A stretch of 64,000 bases of DNA, from NCBI RefSeq assembly GCF_044704955.1, contig NC_091993.1, forward strand, positions 117,428,001 to 117,492,000. The letters are read 5' to 3'. This stretch comes from Pristiophorus japonicus (Eukaryota). This document shows, piece by piece, positions 12,901 to 25,374 of the stretch (position 1 is its first letter; each line of letters opens with the position of its first letter). The notes beneath the pieces are model-generated. The model was not told the DNA's origin and did no database searches. It worked only from the letters and a program-made list of their open reading frames with translations. Made by a program: the position numbers and the translations under genes.

Positions 12901-13745
12901 TAGCCGAGGCATAGAATACAAGAGTAGGGAGGTTATGCTTGAACTGTATAAAACACTAGTTAGGCCACAGCTAGAGTACTACGTGCAGTTCTGGTCACCA
13001 CATTACAGGAAAGATGTGATTGCACTGGACAGGGTACAGAAGAGATTTACGAGGATGTTGCCTGGACTGGAGAATTTTAGCTATGAGGAAAGATTGGATA
13101 GGCTGGGATTGTTTTCTTTGAGGATGAGAGGAGATCTTATTGAGGTGTATAAAATTATGACGGACCTACATAAAGTGGATAGGAAGGACCTATGTCCCTT
13201 AGCAGAGGGGTCACCAACCAGGGGGCATAGATTTAAAGTAATTGGTAGGACGTTTAGAGGGGAAATGTTTTCACACAGGATAGTGGGGGTTTGGAACTCA
13301 CTGCCTGAAAGGGTGGGAGAGGCAGAAACCCTCACCACATTTAAAAGATACTTGGGCGTATACTTCGAGCGCCGTAACCTACAGAGCCATGGACCGCAAG
13401 CTGGAAAATGGGATTAGGCTGGATAGTGGGATTAGGCTGGATAACTAGTTGTGGGCCAAAATGGCCTCCTCCTGTGCTGTAAATTTCTATGATTCTATTC
13501 TATGAATGGGTCAAGTTAAGAAACAAAAGATGAGTCTAGATAGGGTGTAAATGGAGATGGCAGAATCATCAACAGCTGCTGTGAGAAAGAGAAAAAACAT
13601 TAAAAAATAAAAAAATAGAGGCAGTTATTATAGTTTGAAATTGTTGAACTCGATGTTGAGTTCAGAAGGGTGTAAAGTGCCTAAACGAAATATGAGGTGC
13701 TATTCCTCGAGCTTGCCTTGAGATTCATTAGAACAGTGCAAGGGG
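9940..13745 (-). mobile_element. Penelope-like element relic, split into ~9940-10137 and ~13505-13745 by a CR1 insertion
   Basis: The - strand 13635-13720 translates KLEE*HLIFRLGTLHPSELNIEFNNF, the C-terminal GIY-YIG-region motif of fish/shark Penelope elements. Confidence 0.6.
10138..13503 (+). mobile_element. Degenerate CR1 LINE (3' part of ORF1 esterase + ORF2 EN/RT)
   Basis: HIGTND esterase motif, FNARSL/SETWL and GDFN endonuclease motifs, KFADDTK, and TTCTATGATTCTATTCTAT tail; many stops and frameshifts. Confidence 0.9.
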
Positions 13746-14018
13746 CCCTTTAACTGCCACAACAGTAACTCTGTACCACCAACTCTCAGATATGGAAAAG
13801 AAACGGAAATTATCGGTAAAAATGGGTCACAGCCCAGTGTCAGCAGCCTCTCCTTGCTACCGGAGAAGGGGAAATTACACAGAAATTTAATCATCCAAAA
13901 CCATTATATCAACCAGGCTTTTACATAAGTAACAAGGTTCCATTTGACAATCGTGCTCTCTTGGTTGACTACAAATGAAAATTAGGTGAATCTAAATATT
14001 ATTTTGTTGTTTCAATAG

Positions 14019-14139
14019 GACTTGAATATTCTTGTGAAGTTTTTTCAACTGTATCACCAACAACTGCACATTCGACAAGTACAAATGTTATTTCCACTGA
14101 TAATCAAAAACAATCTTCAGGATCCAAATCCACTAAAAG
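14019..14139 (+). CDS. Receptor copy A, Ser/Thr-rich stalk exon
   Basis: Acceptor ttttgttgtttcaatAG, donor AAAG|gtacaa, 121 nt, phase 1-2. Open frame GLEYSCEVFSTVSPTTAHSTSTNVISTDNQKQSSGSKSTK joins the C2 and TM exons in frame. Confidence 0.82.
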
Positions 14140-14639
14140 GTACAATGTTCTCATTGTTGATGTTTTGACTGGCATTGCCTCCATCTGAGAGATTAAATAT
14201 TCTTTAATAGTTTTGGCATAAGGGTTGATAATCATTTATTATTTTGGAATGTTGCTCATCAGAATGGAAATGGTGGCTGGGTTTACATCATGCTGATGTG
14301 TTAGCTTCCTAATGAAAGTGCTGCCTTTGTTGGTAGGAAATAAGCACCTCCATTTTGCTGCCCCTCAGATGGTGCTCTTTGCATTATTCACTATGATTAC
14401 TTCACCACTAACCTACTCTCATGGTTTGTGATGAGTTGCACTTATCAAACTTACCTTGCCGATATCTGTTCTGGTGTGGGGCTGACAGTAAAGTTTCTGT
14501 TGGTGAAAGTGAGCAATAGCAGCAATATATCTGCACCGCCCTTGATATCACCAGTGAGCAACATCTTACAGCTTTGGTCCAATTCTCAGTGTCGCTCACT
14601 ACAACTGCAGGAAGTTTCTTCTCTTAAAATGTATTATTG

Positions 14640-15250
14640 GGAGGTGGGCAATGCTGACAAGGTTACATTTATTGCCTGTCACGAGTTGCCCTGAGAAGGT
14701 GGCGCTGGGCCGCCTTCTTGATCTGCTGATCAATGGTGGTAAATAAGAAACTCCAGGATTTTGATCTAACAACAATGAAGAAACAGCAGTCTATTTCCAA
14801 GCCAGAACCGCGTGTAACTTAGAGGAGGTGGTGTTGGCATGAGGTTGCTTGCCTTGATGGTACAGACCACTGGGCTCAGTGGTGATTTTAAGTTAAGCTG
14901 GGCAAGTTGTTTTTAATAGATTATCAGGATGTGGGTATTGCTGCAGTGTGTCCTGTAGATGGTGCATACTGTAGTCACCGTGCGCCAGTGGTGGAGGGGA
15001 TGGATTTTGAGCTCAGCAGCAGGGGCACTGACCATATGCACTGCTTTGTCTTAAATAGTGGTGAACCTCAGTGTTATTACAGCTGCACCCATCCAAGGTG
15101 AGTACTCCATCACACTCCAGGCTTGAGCACTGCAGATGATGGAGAGGCTCGGAGTGATCAGGGGCTGAGCCACTCGTTGCAGAGTACCCAGCCTCTTCCC
15201 TGCAGTTGTAGCCACAATGTTGACGTGGCTGGTCCAGTTAAGCTTCTGGC
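14640..15250 (-). mobile_element. Old LINE fragment (family uncertain)
   Basis: CATTTATTGCC...TTGCCCTGAGAAGGTGG...GCCGCCTTCTTG resembles a common shark LINE 3' region; highly decayed. Confidence 0.45.
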
Positions 15251-15677
15251 CATTTTAATTCAGTGCTTGAAGGAGGTTTTCTCCAATTCATATTCTGTGG
15301 CAAATATTTCACCCAATGTATAGGAATGTAAATACTTTTCCCTCCTCTGCTTATCTAGTTTCCCCATAAATGCCTCTGTACTATTTGCTGCAACTACTCC
15401 CTGTGGTAGCAAGTTCCACGTTCTCACCACCTTACAGCCATATATTGTGCACATGTTAATGAAGTTTGCTTCATTTGATCTTTATCTAATGATCACAAAG
15501 TTGACTTTCCTTCATAAGGCAAACACTAGTTTACTTTCCCAGCTAACGTCCCTTGGCTCTGCAGCTTTACATTGATGCACTATACTAAGATTACAGTGTA
15601 ACCAGACGATAAATGTTTCAAACACACAGAAGACTCGTTTCCTTCGAATTATTTTATATTTCTTCCCTTTTGCTCAG

Positions 15678-15768
15678 TTACATTACATGGAACGTGGGAC
15701 GCTGGCTGCTCTTTGCTCTCCTGGTGATTTGTACTATTTCAGTCACAAGGTGTACGAGAAAATCTAAG
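15678..15768 (+). CDS. Receptor copy A, transmembrane exon with NxxR motif
   Basis: Acceptor tcttcccttttgctcAG, donor AAG|gtaggg, 91 nt, phase 2-0. Protein (S)YITWNVGRWLLFALLVICTISVTRCTRKSK: hydrophobic helix followed by basic stop-transfer residues. Confidence 0.88.
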
Positions 15769-15944
15769 GTAGGGATTAGGGACTTTATGTGAATCACTCC
15801 ATCAATTTGTTCAAAAATATTGATCGCAGATACTATAAAGAAAAACTTGCATTGATATAAACCCTTTCATATTTTCGACGTGACAAGCGCTTTATCTCTA
15901 ATTGGTGTCACTGGGGTAACTTACTAACTTCATAGTGTCGGCGA

Positions 15945-16860
15945 TAATTCTGAGGGGCAGATCCCCCTCCCGTTCCAGAGCATGAATTGTGCGCATGGGA
16001 GCAGGAAATTACATGAGGACATAGACAGACTAAATGAGTGGGCAAAGCTATGGCAAGTGACGTTCAACATGGGGGAGTGTGAGATCATCTCCTTTGGATC
16101 AGAGGAACACAAATTGGAATATATTCTCAATGATGAGAGACTAGAAGATGTGAAGGAGTAAAGAGATTTAGATGTCCATGTACACACGTCACTGAAAGCT
16201 AGGGCACAAGTGCAAAAAGTAATCAAAAAGGCTCATGGAAAGTTGGCCTTCATTTTATGGGGATTGGAATTCAAAATTGAAGAAGTGATGTTTCTGTTGT
16301 ACAGAGCCTTGGTCAGACCCCACCTGGAGTTCTGTGTTCAGTTTCGGGCGACGAACCTCAGGAAAGAAATACTGGCCTTGGAAGGAGTGTAGTGCAAATT
16401 CACCAGACTGATACTGGGGCTTAAAGTGTTCAATTATAAAGAGAGATTACGTAAACTTGGTTGTATTCCCTAGAGTTTAGAAGGTTGAGGGCTGAAAGAA
16501 TCAAAGAATTTAAAATTATTAAGGGATTCGATAGACTAGATAGGGAGAAATGACTTGCTTGGTGGGGGAATCCTCATAAGGGGGCATAATCTAAAAATTA
16601 GAGCTAAACCATTTAGGAGTAGAATTAGGAAGCACTTTTTCCCACAAAGGGTTGTGGGAACCTGGAACTGGTTGTGGATGCAGGGCCAATTGAAATTTTC
16701 ACAGCTGAGATCACTAGATATTTGTTGGGTAAGGACATCAAAGGGTATGGATCAAAGGCGGGTAAATGGAGTTGTGCTACTGATCAGCTGTGATCCAGTT
16801 ATACAGTGGAACAGGCTCAAAGGGTTGAATGGGCTGCTCCTGTTGCTTTGTTCCTATGTA
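15945..16860 (+). mobile_element. Old CR1 LINE 3' fragment
   Basis: LVRPHLEFCVQF and RGHNLKIRAKPF motifs with stops. Confidence 0.85.
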
Positions 16861-17406
16861 ACCCGCCCGTTATAGAATCCCCCGACTTTCATTCTATTGA
16901 TATAAAACAGTCGTTACAAGAAACGGAAGGGAAGAAATGGGAAAGGCTACAAGAAAGCACTTTGCTGTAGGGCACCAGAGACAATGGTTTTCACACAAGA
17001 ACACAGAGACAGTTAAACGTGTCCAGTCGAGCACCAAGGTGCTCAGACACAGACCCAATGCTATTGTTGCTGGGAACCTCGATTGGACTTTCGAAAATGT
17101 GTTTAACAAAGTAGACAAGTCAATCTTTTTCTGCTGTCAACTGTCCACCATCTAAGCTGCAGGAAAACATTTGTTGCATGTGAGTAAATGGTGTTACATG
17201 TATTCAAGAGGGGCCCAACTAGCACCTTTTCCCATCACATGTGCAATAGTGATAGGGGAGGGAGGACTGTGATCTCAACACAGCTCCAGTCCATCACGAG
17301 CTTCTCCTCCATTTGTTGTCAGTTCCAGAATTCTGTTCTGACATGTAAAACAATGCATCATTCTCAGAATCAATGAATTTGATGCCTTAAATATTTTCTT
17401 TTTCAG

Positions 17407-17454
17407 TTACTCAATGAATCGGCTCATCACAGCTTGACCAATGTGGTAAAGTGA
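17407..17454 (+). CDS. Receptor copy A, putative cytoplasmic (terminal) exon
   Basis: Acceptor atattttctttttcAG, phase 0, reads LLNESAHHSLTNVVK*. AATAAA at 17553-17558. A possible internal donor GTG|gtaaag at 17446 is discussed in findings. Confidence 0.6.
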   Translation, partial: LLNESAHHSLTNVVK

Positions 17455-17674
17455 TGATTCCCTGGTTACATCGACCTTGATGGAATATTGTGTCCTGATT
17501 AAACGTTCATTCTTCATCCAGCTTTGAACATTTATTTTTATCAATTGTAAATAATAAAATGGATTTCGGCATTAAATCAATTTGACCATTTAATTAGTAG
17601 AGGAAAAATCAAAACCTAACTCTGGCTGCATCCTTTAAGTTGCTGTCCCTCTGTCTGCATCTTAGTAATAATGT

Positions 17675-20600
17675 ATAAGAACATAAGAAATAGGGGCAGG
17701 AGAAGGCCATACGGCCCCTTGAGCCGGTCCGCCATTTAATAAGATCATGGCTGATCCAATCATCGACTCAGGTCCACTTCCCTGCCCGCTCCCCATAACC
17801 GCTTATTCCCTTATTGGTTAAAAACTGTCTATCTCTGACTTAAACTTATTCAATGACCCAGCTTCCACAGTTCTCTGAGGCAGCGAATTCCACAGATTTA
17901 CAACCATCTGAGAGAAAAAATTCCTCCTCAACTCAGTTTTAAATGGACGGCCCCTTATTCTAAGATTATGCCCCCTAGTTCTAGTTTCCCCTATCAGTAG
18001 AAACATCCTCTCTGCATCCACCTTGTCAACCCCCTCCTACTCTTATACATTTCAATAAGATCACCTCTCATTCTTCTGAATGCCAATGAGTTAAGGCCCA
18101 ACCTACTCAACCTTTCCTCATAAGTCAATCTCCTCAACTCTGGAATCAACCTAGTGAATCTTCTCTGAACTGCCTCCAAAACAAGTATATCCTTTCTTAA
18201 ATATGGAAACCAAAACTGCATGCAATATTCCAGGTGTGGCCTCACCTGTAGCCTGTATAACTGTAGCAAGACTTCCTTGCTTTTATACATCATCCTCTTT
18301 GCAATAAAGGCCAATATTCCATTGGCCTTTCTGATCACTTGCTGTACCTACTTACTAACCTTTTGAGTTTCATGCACAAGTACCCCCAAGTCCTGCTGTA
18401 CTGCAGAACTTTGCAATTTTTCTCCATTTAAATTATAATTTGCTTTTCTATTATTTCTGCCAAAGTGGATACCTCACATTTTCCCATATTATACTCCATC
18501 TACCAACTTTTTGCCCACTCACTTGCTGATTTTTTGTGTCCTCACACATTGCTTTTCCTCCTATCTGTGTATTGTCAACAAACTTGGCTACGTTACGCTC
18601 GGTCCCTTATTCCAAGTCATTAATATAGATTGTAAATAGTTGAGGTCCCAGCACTAATCCCTGCGGCACCCCACTAGTTACTGATTGCCAATCTGAGAAT
18701 GAACCATTTATCCCGACTCTCTGTTTTCTGTGAGTTAGCCAATCCTCTATCCATGCTAATATATTACCCCAATCCCGTGGACTTTTATCTTGTACAATAA
18801 CCTTTTATGTGGCATCTTGTCAAATGCCTTCTGGAAATCCAAATACACCACATCCACTGGTTCCCCTTTATCCACCCTGTTCATTACATCCTCAAAGAAT
18901 TCCAGCAAATTTGTCATACATGACTTCCCTTTCATAAATCCACGCTGACTCTGCCTGACTGAATTATGTTTTTCTTAATGTCCTGCTACTGCTTCTTTAA
19001 TAATGGAATCCAACATTTTCCCAACCACAGATGTTAGGCTAACTAACATAGTGCAAGGATCAAGGATGTCTCGGAGCGGGTGCTGGACATTCTGAAAAGG
19101 GAGGGTGAACAGCCAGTTGTCGTGGTGCACATAGTTACCAACGATATAGGTAAAAAGGGGATGAGGTCCTACGAGACGAATTTAAGGAGCTAGGAGCTAA
19201 ATTTAAAAAGTAGGACCTCAAAAGTAGTAATCTCGGGATTGCTACCAGTGCCACGTGCTAGTCAGAGTAGGAATCGCAGGATAGCTCAGATGAATACGTA
19301 GCTTGAGCAGTGGTGCAACAGGGAGGGATTCAAATTCCTGGGGTATTGGAACCGGTTCTGGGGGAGGTGGGACCAGTACAAACCGGACGGTCTGCACCTA
19401 GGCAGGACCGGAACCAATGTCCTAGGGCTGGTGCTGTTGGGAAAGAGTTAAACTAATATGGCAGGGGGATGGGAACCAATGCAGGGAGACAGAGGGAAAA
19501 AATATGGAGACAGAAGCAAAAGACAGAAAGGAGATGAGTAAAAGTGGAGGGCAGAGAAACCCAAGGCAAAAAACAAAAATGGCCACTGTACAGCAAAATT
19601 CTCAAGGGTCAAAGTGTAATAAAAAGGCAAGCCTGAAAGCTCGGTGCCTCAATACGAGGAGCATTTGGAACCCAGGAGAGGGCTCTGAGCTAGTTAGAGT
19701 AGGTGAGAGCTCAGATGAACAGGACCCCAAGAAAGAATGCAAAAGGCAGGAGGCAACAGAGCAGAGTAGCACTGGGGTAAGTAAACCACAAGGTGATAGG
19801 AAGGGACAATATGTATGAATATAAAGGGGCTGCAGGAGGGGTCAAAACTAAACATCATGGTTTAAAAACTCGTATTAAAACACTCTACCTAAACACATGC
19901 AGCATTCGAAATAAAGTAAAGGAGTTGACGGCACAAATCATTACAAATGGGTATGATTTGGTGGCCATTACAGAAACGTGGTTACAGGGTGGCCAAGACT
20001 GGGAATTAAATATACAGTGGTATCTGACAATTTGGAAAGATAGACAAGAAGGGAAAGGAGGTGGGGTAGCTCTGTTAATAAAGGATGATATCAGGGCAGT
20101 TGTGAGAGACGATATTGGCTCTAATGAACAAAATGTTGAATCATTGTGGGTGGAGATTAGAGATAGTAAGGGGAAAAAGTCACTGGTGGGCGTAGTTTAT
20201 AGGCCCCCAAATAATAATTTCACAGTGGGGCGGACAATAATCAAGGGAATAATGGAGGCATGTGAAAAAGGAATGGCAGTAATCATGGGGGATTTTAACG
20301 TACAAATCGATTGGTCAAATCAAATTGCACGGGGTAGCCTTGAGGAGGAATTCATAGAATGCATTCGGGATTGTTTCTTAGAACAGTATGTTACAGAACC
20401 TATAAGGGAGCAAGCTATCTCAGATCTGGTCCTGTGTAATGAGACAGGAATAATAAACGATCTCCTAGCAAAAGATCCTCTCAGAATGAGTGATCACAGT
20501 ATGGTTGAATTTGTAATACAGATTGAGGGTGAGGAAGTAGTGTCTCAAACGAGCGTACTATGCTTAAACAAAAGGGGACTACAGTGGGATGAGGGCAGAG

Positions 20601-23600
20601 TTGGCTAAAGTAGACTGGGAACATAGACTAAACGGTGGTGCAATTGAGGAACAGTGGAGGACTTTTAAGGAGCTCTTTCATAGTGCTCAACAAAAATATA
20701 TTCCAGTGAAAAAGAAAGGTGGTAAGAGAAGGGATAACCAGTCGTGGATAACCAAGGAAATAAAGGAGAGTATCAAATTAAAAACCAATGCGTATAAGGT
20801 GGCCAAGGTTAGTGGGAAACTAGAAGATTGGGAAAATTTTAAACGACAGCAAAGAATGATTAAGAAAGCAATAAAGAAAGGAAAGATATATTACGAAAGT
20901 AAACTTGCGCAAAACATAAAAACAGATATTAAAAGCTTTTACCGATATATAAAACGGAAAAGAATGATTAAAGTAAATGTTGGTCCCTCAGAAGATGAGA
21001 AGGGGGATTTAATAATGGGAAATGTGGAAATGGCTGAGCCCTTAAACAATTATTTTGCTTCGGTCTTCACAGTGGAAGACACAAAAACCATGCCAAAAAT
21101 TGCTGGTCATCGAAATGTGGGAAGGGAGGACCTTGAGATAATCACTATCACTAGGGGGGTAGTACTGGACAGGCTAATGGGACTCAAGGTAGACAAGTCC
21201 CCTGGTCCTGATGAAATGCATCCCAGGGTATTAAAAGAGATGGCGGAAATTATAGCAGATGCATTCGTTATAATCTACCAAAATTCTCTGGACTCTGGAG
21301 AGGTACCAGCGTATTGGAAAGCAGCTAATGTAACGCCTCTGTTTAAAAAAGGAGACAGACAAAAGGCAGGTAACTATAGACCGGTTAGTTTAACATCTGT
21401 AGTGGGGAAAATGCTTGAAGCAATCATTAAGGAAGAAATAGCGGGACATCTAGATAGGAATAGTGCAATCAAGCAGACGCAACATGGATTCATGAAGGGG
21501 AAATCATGTTTAACTAATTTACTGGAATTCTTTGAGGATATAATGAGCATGGTGGATAGAGGTGTACCGATGGATGTGGTGTATTTAGATTTCCAAAAGG
21601 CATTCAATAAGGTGCCACACAAAAGGTTACTGCAGAAGATAAATGTACGTGGAGTCAGAGGAAATGTATTAGCATGGATCGAGAATTGGCTGGCAAATAG
21701 AAAGCAGAGAGTCGGGATAAATGGGTCCTTTTCGTGTTGGACATCGGTGGTTAGTGGTATGCCACAGGGCTAGGTGCTGGGACCACAACTGTTTACAATA
21801 TACATAGATGACCTGGAAGAGGGGACAGAGTGCAGTGTAACAAAATTTGCAGATGACACAAAGATTAGTGGGAAAGCAGGTTGTGTAGAGAGGCTGCAAA
21901 GAGAATTAGATAGGTTAAGCGAATGGGCTAAGGTTTGGCAGATGGAATACAATGTCGGAAAATGTGAGGTCATCCACCATGGAAAAAAATAACAGTAAAA
22001 TGGAATATTATTTGAATGGGGAGAAATTACAACATGTTGCGGTGCAGAGGGACCTGGGGCTCCTTGTGCATGAATCCCAAAAAGTTAGTTTGCAGGTGCA
22101 GCAGGTAATCAGGAAGGCGAATGGAATGTTGGTCTTCATTGCGAGAGGGATGGAGTACAAAAGCAGAGAGGTCCTGCTGCAACTGTACAGAGTATTGGTG
22201 AGGCCACACCTGGAGTACTGCGTGCAGTTTTGGTCACCTTACTTAAGGAAGGATATACTAGCTTTGGAGGGGGTACAGAGACGATTCACTAGGCTGATTC
22301 CGGAGATGAGGGGCTATGATAGATTACTCGTTGGAGTTCAGAAGGATGAGGGGCGATCTTATAGAAACATTTAAAATCATGAAAGGGATAGACAAGATCG
22401 AGGCAGAGAGGTTGTTTCCACTGGTCGAGGAGACTCGAACTATGGGGCACAGCCTCAAAATACGGGGGAGCCAATTTAAAACCGAGTTGAGAAGGAATTT
22501 CTTCTCCCAGAGGGTTGTGAATCTGTGGAATTCTCTACCCAAGGAAGCAGTTGAGGCGAGCTCATTGAATTTACTCAAATCACAGATAGATAGATTTTTA
22601 ACCAATAAGGGAATTAAGCGTTATGGGGAGCGGGCGGGTAATTGGAGCTGAGTTCACGGCCAGATCAACCATGATCTTGTTGAATGGCGGAGCAGGCTCG
22701 AGGGGCTAGGTGGCCTACTCCTGTTCCTAATTCTTATTATGTTCTAGTCTATAGCTTCCTGTTTTTTGTCTGCCTCCTTTTTAACTAGTGGTGTTACATT
22801 TGCAATCTGCTGGGACCTCCCCAGAATACAGGACATTTTGGTAAATTACAATGAATGCATCAACTATTCCTGCCGCTCCTTCTCTTAAGACCCTAGGTTG
22901 CAAACTATCAGGTCCAGGGGATTTATCTGCCTTTAATCCCATCATCTTACTGAATATGACCTCCTTAATGATTGTGATTGTGTTAAGTTCCTCCCGCCGC
23001 CCTTGACTGTCCACTGTTGGGATATTGTTAGTGACCTCTACCGTAAAGACTGATACAAAATATTTGTTCAGAGTTTCTGCCATCTCCATGTTCCCCATTA
23101 CTAATTCCCCGGTCTCGTCCTCTGAGGGATCACCATTTACTTTAGCCACTCTTTTCCTTCTTATATGCGTATAGAAACTCTTGCTATCTGTTTTTATATT
23201 TCGTGCTGGTTTTCTTTCATAGTCTATCTTCTCTTTCTTAATCAATATGGAGGTTAAAATCGCCCATAATTATTGCTGTTCCCTTTTTAGAAGCCCCCAC
23301 TATTTCCTGGTTTATACTCCGACCAACAGATTTGCTACTGTTAGGGGGCTTATAGACTACGCCCACCAGTGAATTTTTCCCCTATTATTCCTCATCTCCA
23401 CCCAAAATGTTTCAACATCCTGATCATTTGAGCCAATATCATTTCTCACTATTGCAGTGATTCCACCCTTAAACAACAGAGCTACCCCACCTCCTTTTCC
23501 TTTCTGTCTGACCTTCTGGATTGTGAAATACCTCTGAATATTTAGATCGCAGTCCTGGTCACTTTACAACCACGTCTCTGTAATGGCTATCAGATCATAC

Positions 23601-25200
23601 CCATTTGTATCTATTTGTGCCGTCAACTCATCCATTTTGTTGTGAATGCTACGTGCATTTAGACAAAGAGCCTTTAAATTTGTTTGACCCTTTTTTCCTG
23701 CTTGTTTCCTCTCTCCTTCAAACTCACTTTCTTTATTATTGCTTTCTACTTCCAGCTTTACTACCCTCCCTACTGAATCTATTTTTAGGTTCCCATCCCC
23801 CTGCCAAACTAGTTTAAACCCTCCCCAACAGCACTAGCAACCGTCCCCCACCCCACGAGGATATTGGTCCCGGCTCTGTTGAGGTGCACCCCGTCCGACT
23901 TATTCAGGTCCCCCCTCCCCCAGAAGTGGTCCCAATGCCTCAGGAAACTAAAGCCCTCCCGCCTGCACTATCTCTCCAGCCATGCATTCATCTGCTCTAT
24001 CCTCCTGTTTCTTTACTCACTAGCTCATGGCACCGGGATGTACCATCCGGAGATTACTACCTGTTGAAGTCCTGCTTTTTAATTTCTCTCCTAGCTCCTT
24101 AAACTCTGCCTGCAGGACTTCATCCCTCTTTCTACCTATGTCATTGGTCCCAATATGGACCACGACCTCTGGCTGTTCACCCTCTCCACCCAGAATGCCC
24201 TGCAGCCGCTCAGTGACATCTTTGACCCTGGCACCAGGGAGGCAACATACCATCCTGGAGTCACGTCTGTGGCCGCAGAAACGTCTGCCTGTTCCCCTAA
24301 CTATCGAATCCCCTACCACTACTGCTCTTCATTCTTCTTCCTCCCCCCCTCCCCCGCCCACACCGTGTAGCTGAGCCACCTGTGATGCTGTGGATTTGGC
24401 TCTGGCTGCATCAGAACAGAGTACCGGTTGGAGTACGAGATGGACTCGGGGGACTCCAGCACTTCCTGTCTCGTCCTCCTGTCCGGCGTCACCCAATCCC
24501 TTTCTGCCTGTACACTCTTAAGCTGCGTGGTGACCACCTCTCAGAACGTGCTACCCACATAGCTCTCAGTCTCGTGGATGCACTGCAGTGAATCCAGCCA
24601 CCGCTCAAGCTCCAAAACACGGAGCTCAAGTTGGTGCAGCTGGAGACACCTCCTGCACACATGGATGTCCCGGCTGCGCGAAGCAGCCAGGATTTCCCAC
24701 ATGCCACAGGATGTGTAATTCATGGGACTGAGCTGCCCTGCCATCCCTCTAGTTAGATTCGGAACGATCAAGTAGAATTAAATTCTAAACCTTAGCAAAA
24801 CACAGCCTGCCGCTACTCAGCAAACAGCTGATTTAATTAATTAGTTTTCCTTAGATAATAAAGATCACTTATCTATTTAATTGCAGTTCCTAACTTCCAC
24901 CAATGCCCAAGGTTTTTTAAAGAAAAGAAAAATACTCACCAATCCACCAGCCAATCACTTACCTGCTTGACTATGACGTCATACTTCGATTTCGAATCTT
25001 TTTACTTTTTCTCCCTTACTTTAGTCGCTGCTGCAGCTCCTTGTTCCCGATCTCCGACTCCTCCTGATCTCCGGCTCCTCCTGATCCGTGGCTCCTCCCG
25101 ATCTCAGGCTCCTCCGACTGCCGCTGCCCTTTAGAAGTCCTGTGTTCATGTCTCGCGATGCTCGCTCCTCATGAATGGGAGTGTGCCCACTTCCTGTCTG
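17675..25200 (-). mobile_element. Near full-length CR1 LINE (5' UTR, ORF1 Zn-finger + SGNH esterase, ORF2), internally deleted and interrupted by another CR1
   Basis: ORF1 TSCGMW...VCRRC and VGDSIVR...VVHIGTND at 24020-24770. ORF2 pieces at 22781-23700 and 17818-19045. The host reading GTTAGGCTAACT (19045) resumes as AGTCTATAG (22746). Confidence 0.85.
19046..22745 (+). mobile_element. CR1 LINE nested in opposite orientation within the CR1 above
   Basis: ORF1 esterase tail, then ORF2 EN (ITETWL, GDFN, SDH) and RT (KFADDTK) split by a few frameshifts and stops; 3' hairpin and TTCTTATTATGTTC tail. Confidence 0.92.
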
Positions 25201-25374
25201 CATAACTTAACTTCTTGTTTCACATTTTTATTACAATTATTGTGTCAATTTTGTAAACCTGAAAATATCACAAACACATGAACAATATTCTGTAAGAAAT
25301 CGGCCACCTGACTTATTCATGCACTGGAAGCCGGTAGCTCTCATAATATTTTGCACTTTTACTTGGGATGGAAC

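Larger units (their letters stand above)
1570..13737 (+). repeat. Segmental/tandem duplication, copy A (matches ~51850-64000)
   Basis: Near-identical sequence and ORF set at offset +50255 up to the C2 exon and +50263 after it (one extra AGAAACAT unit in copy B). Confidence 0.97.
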
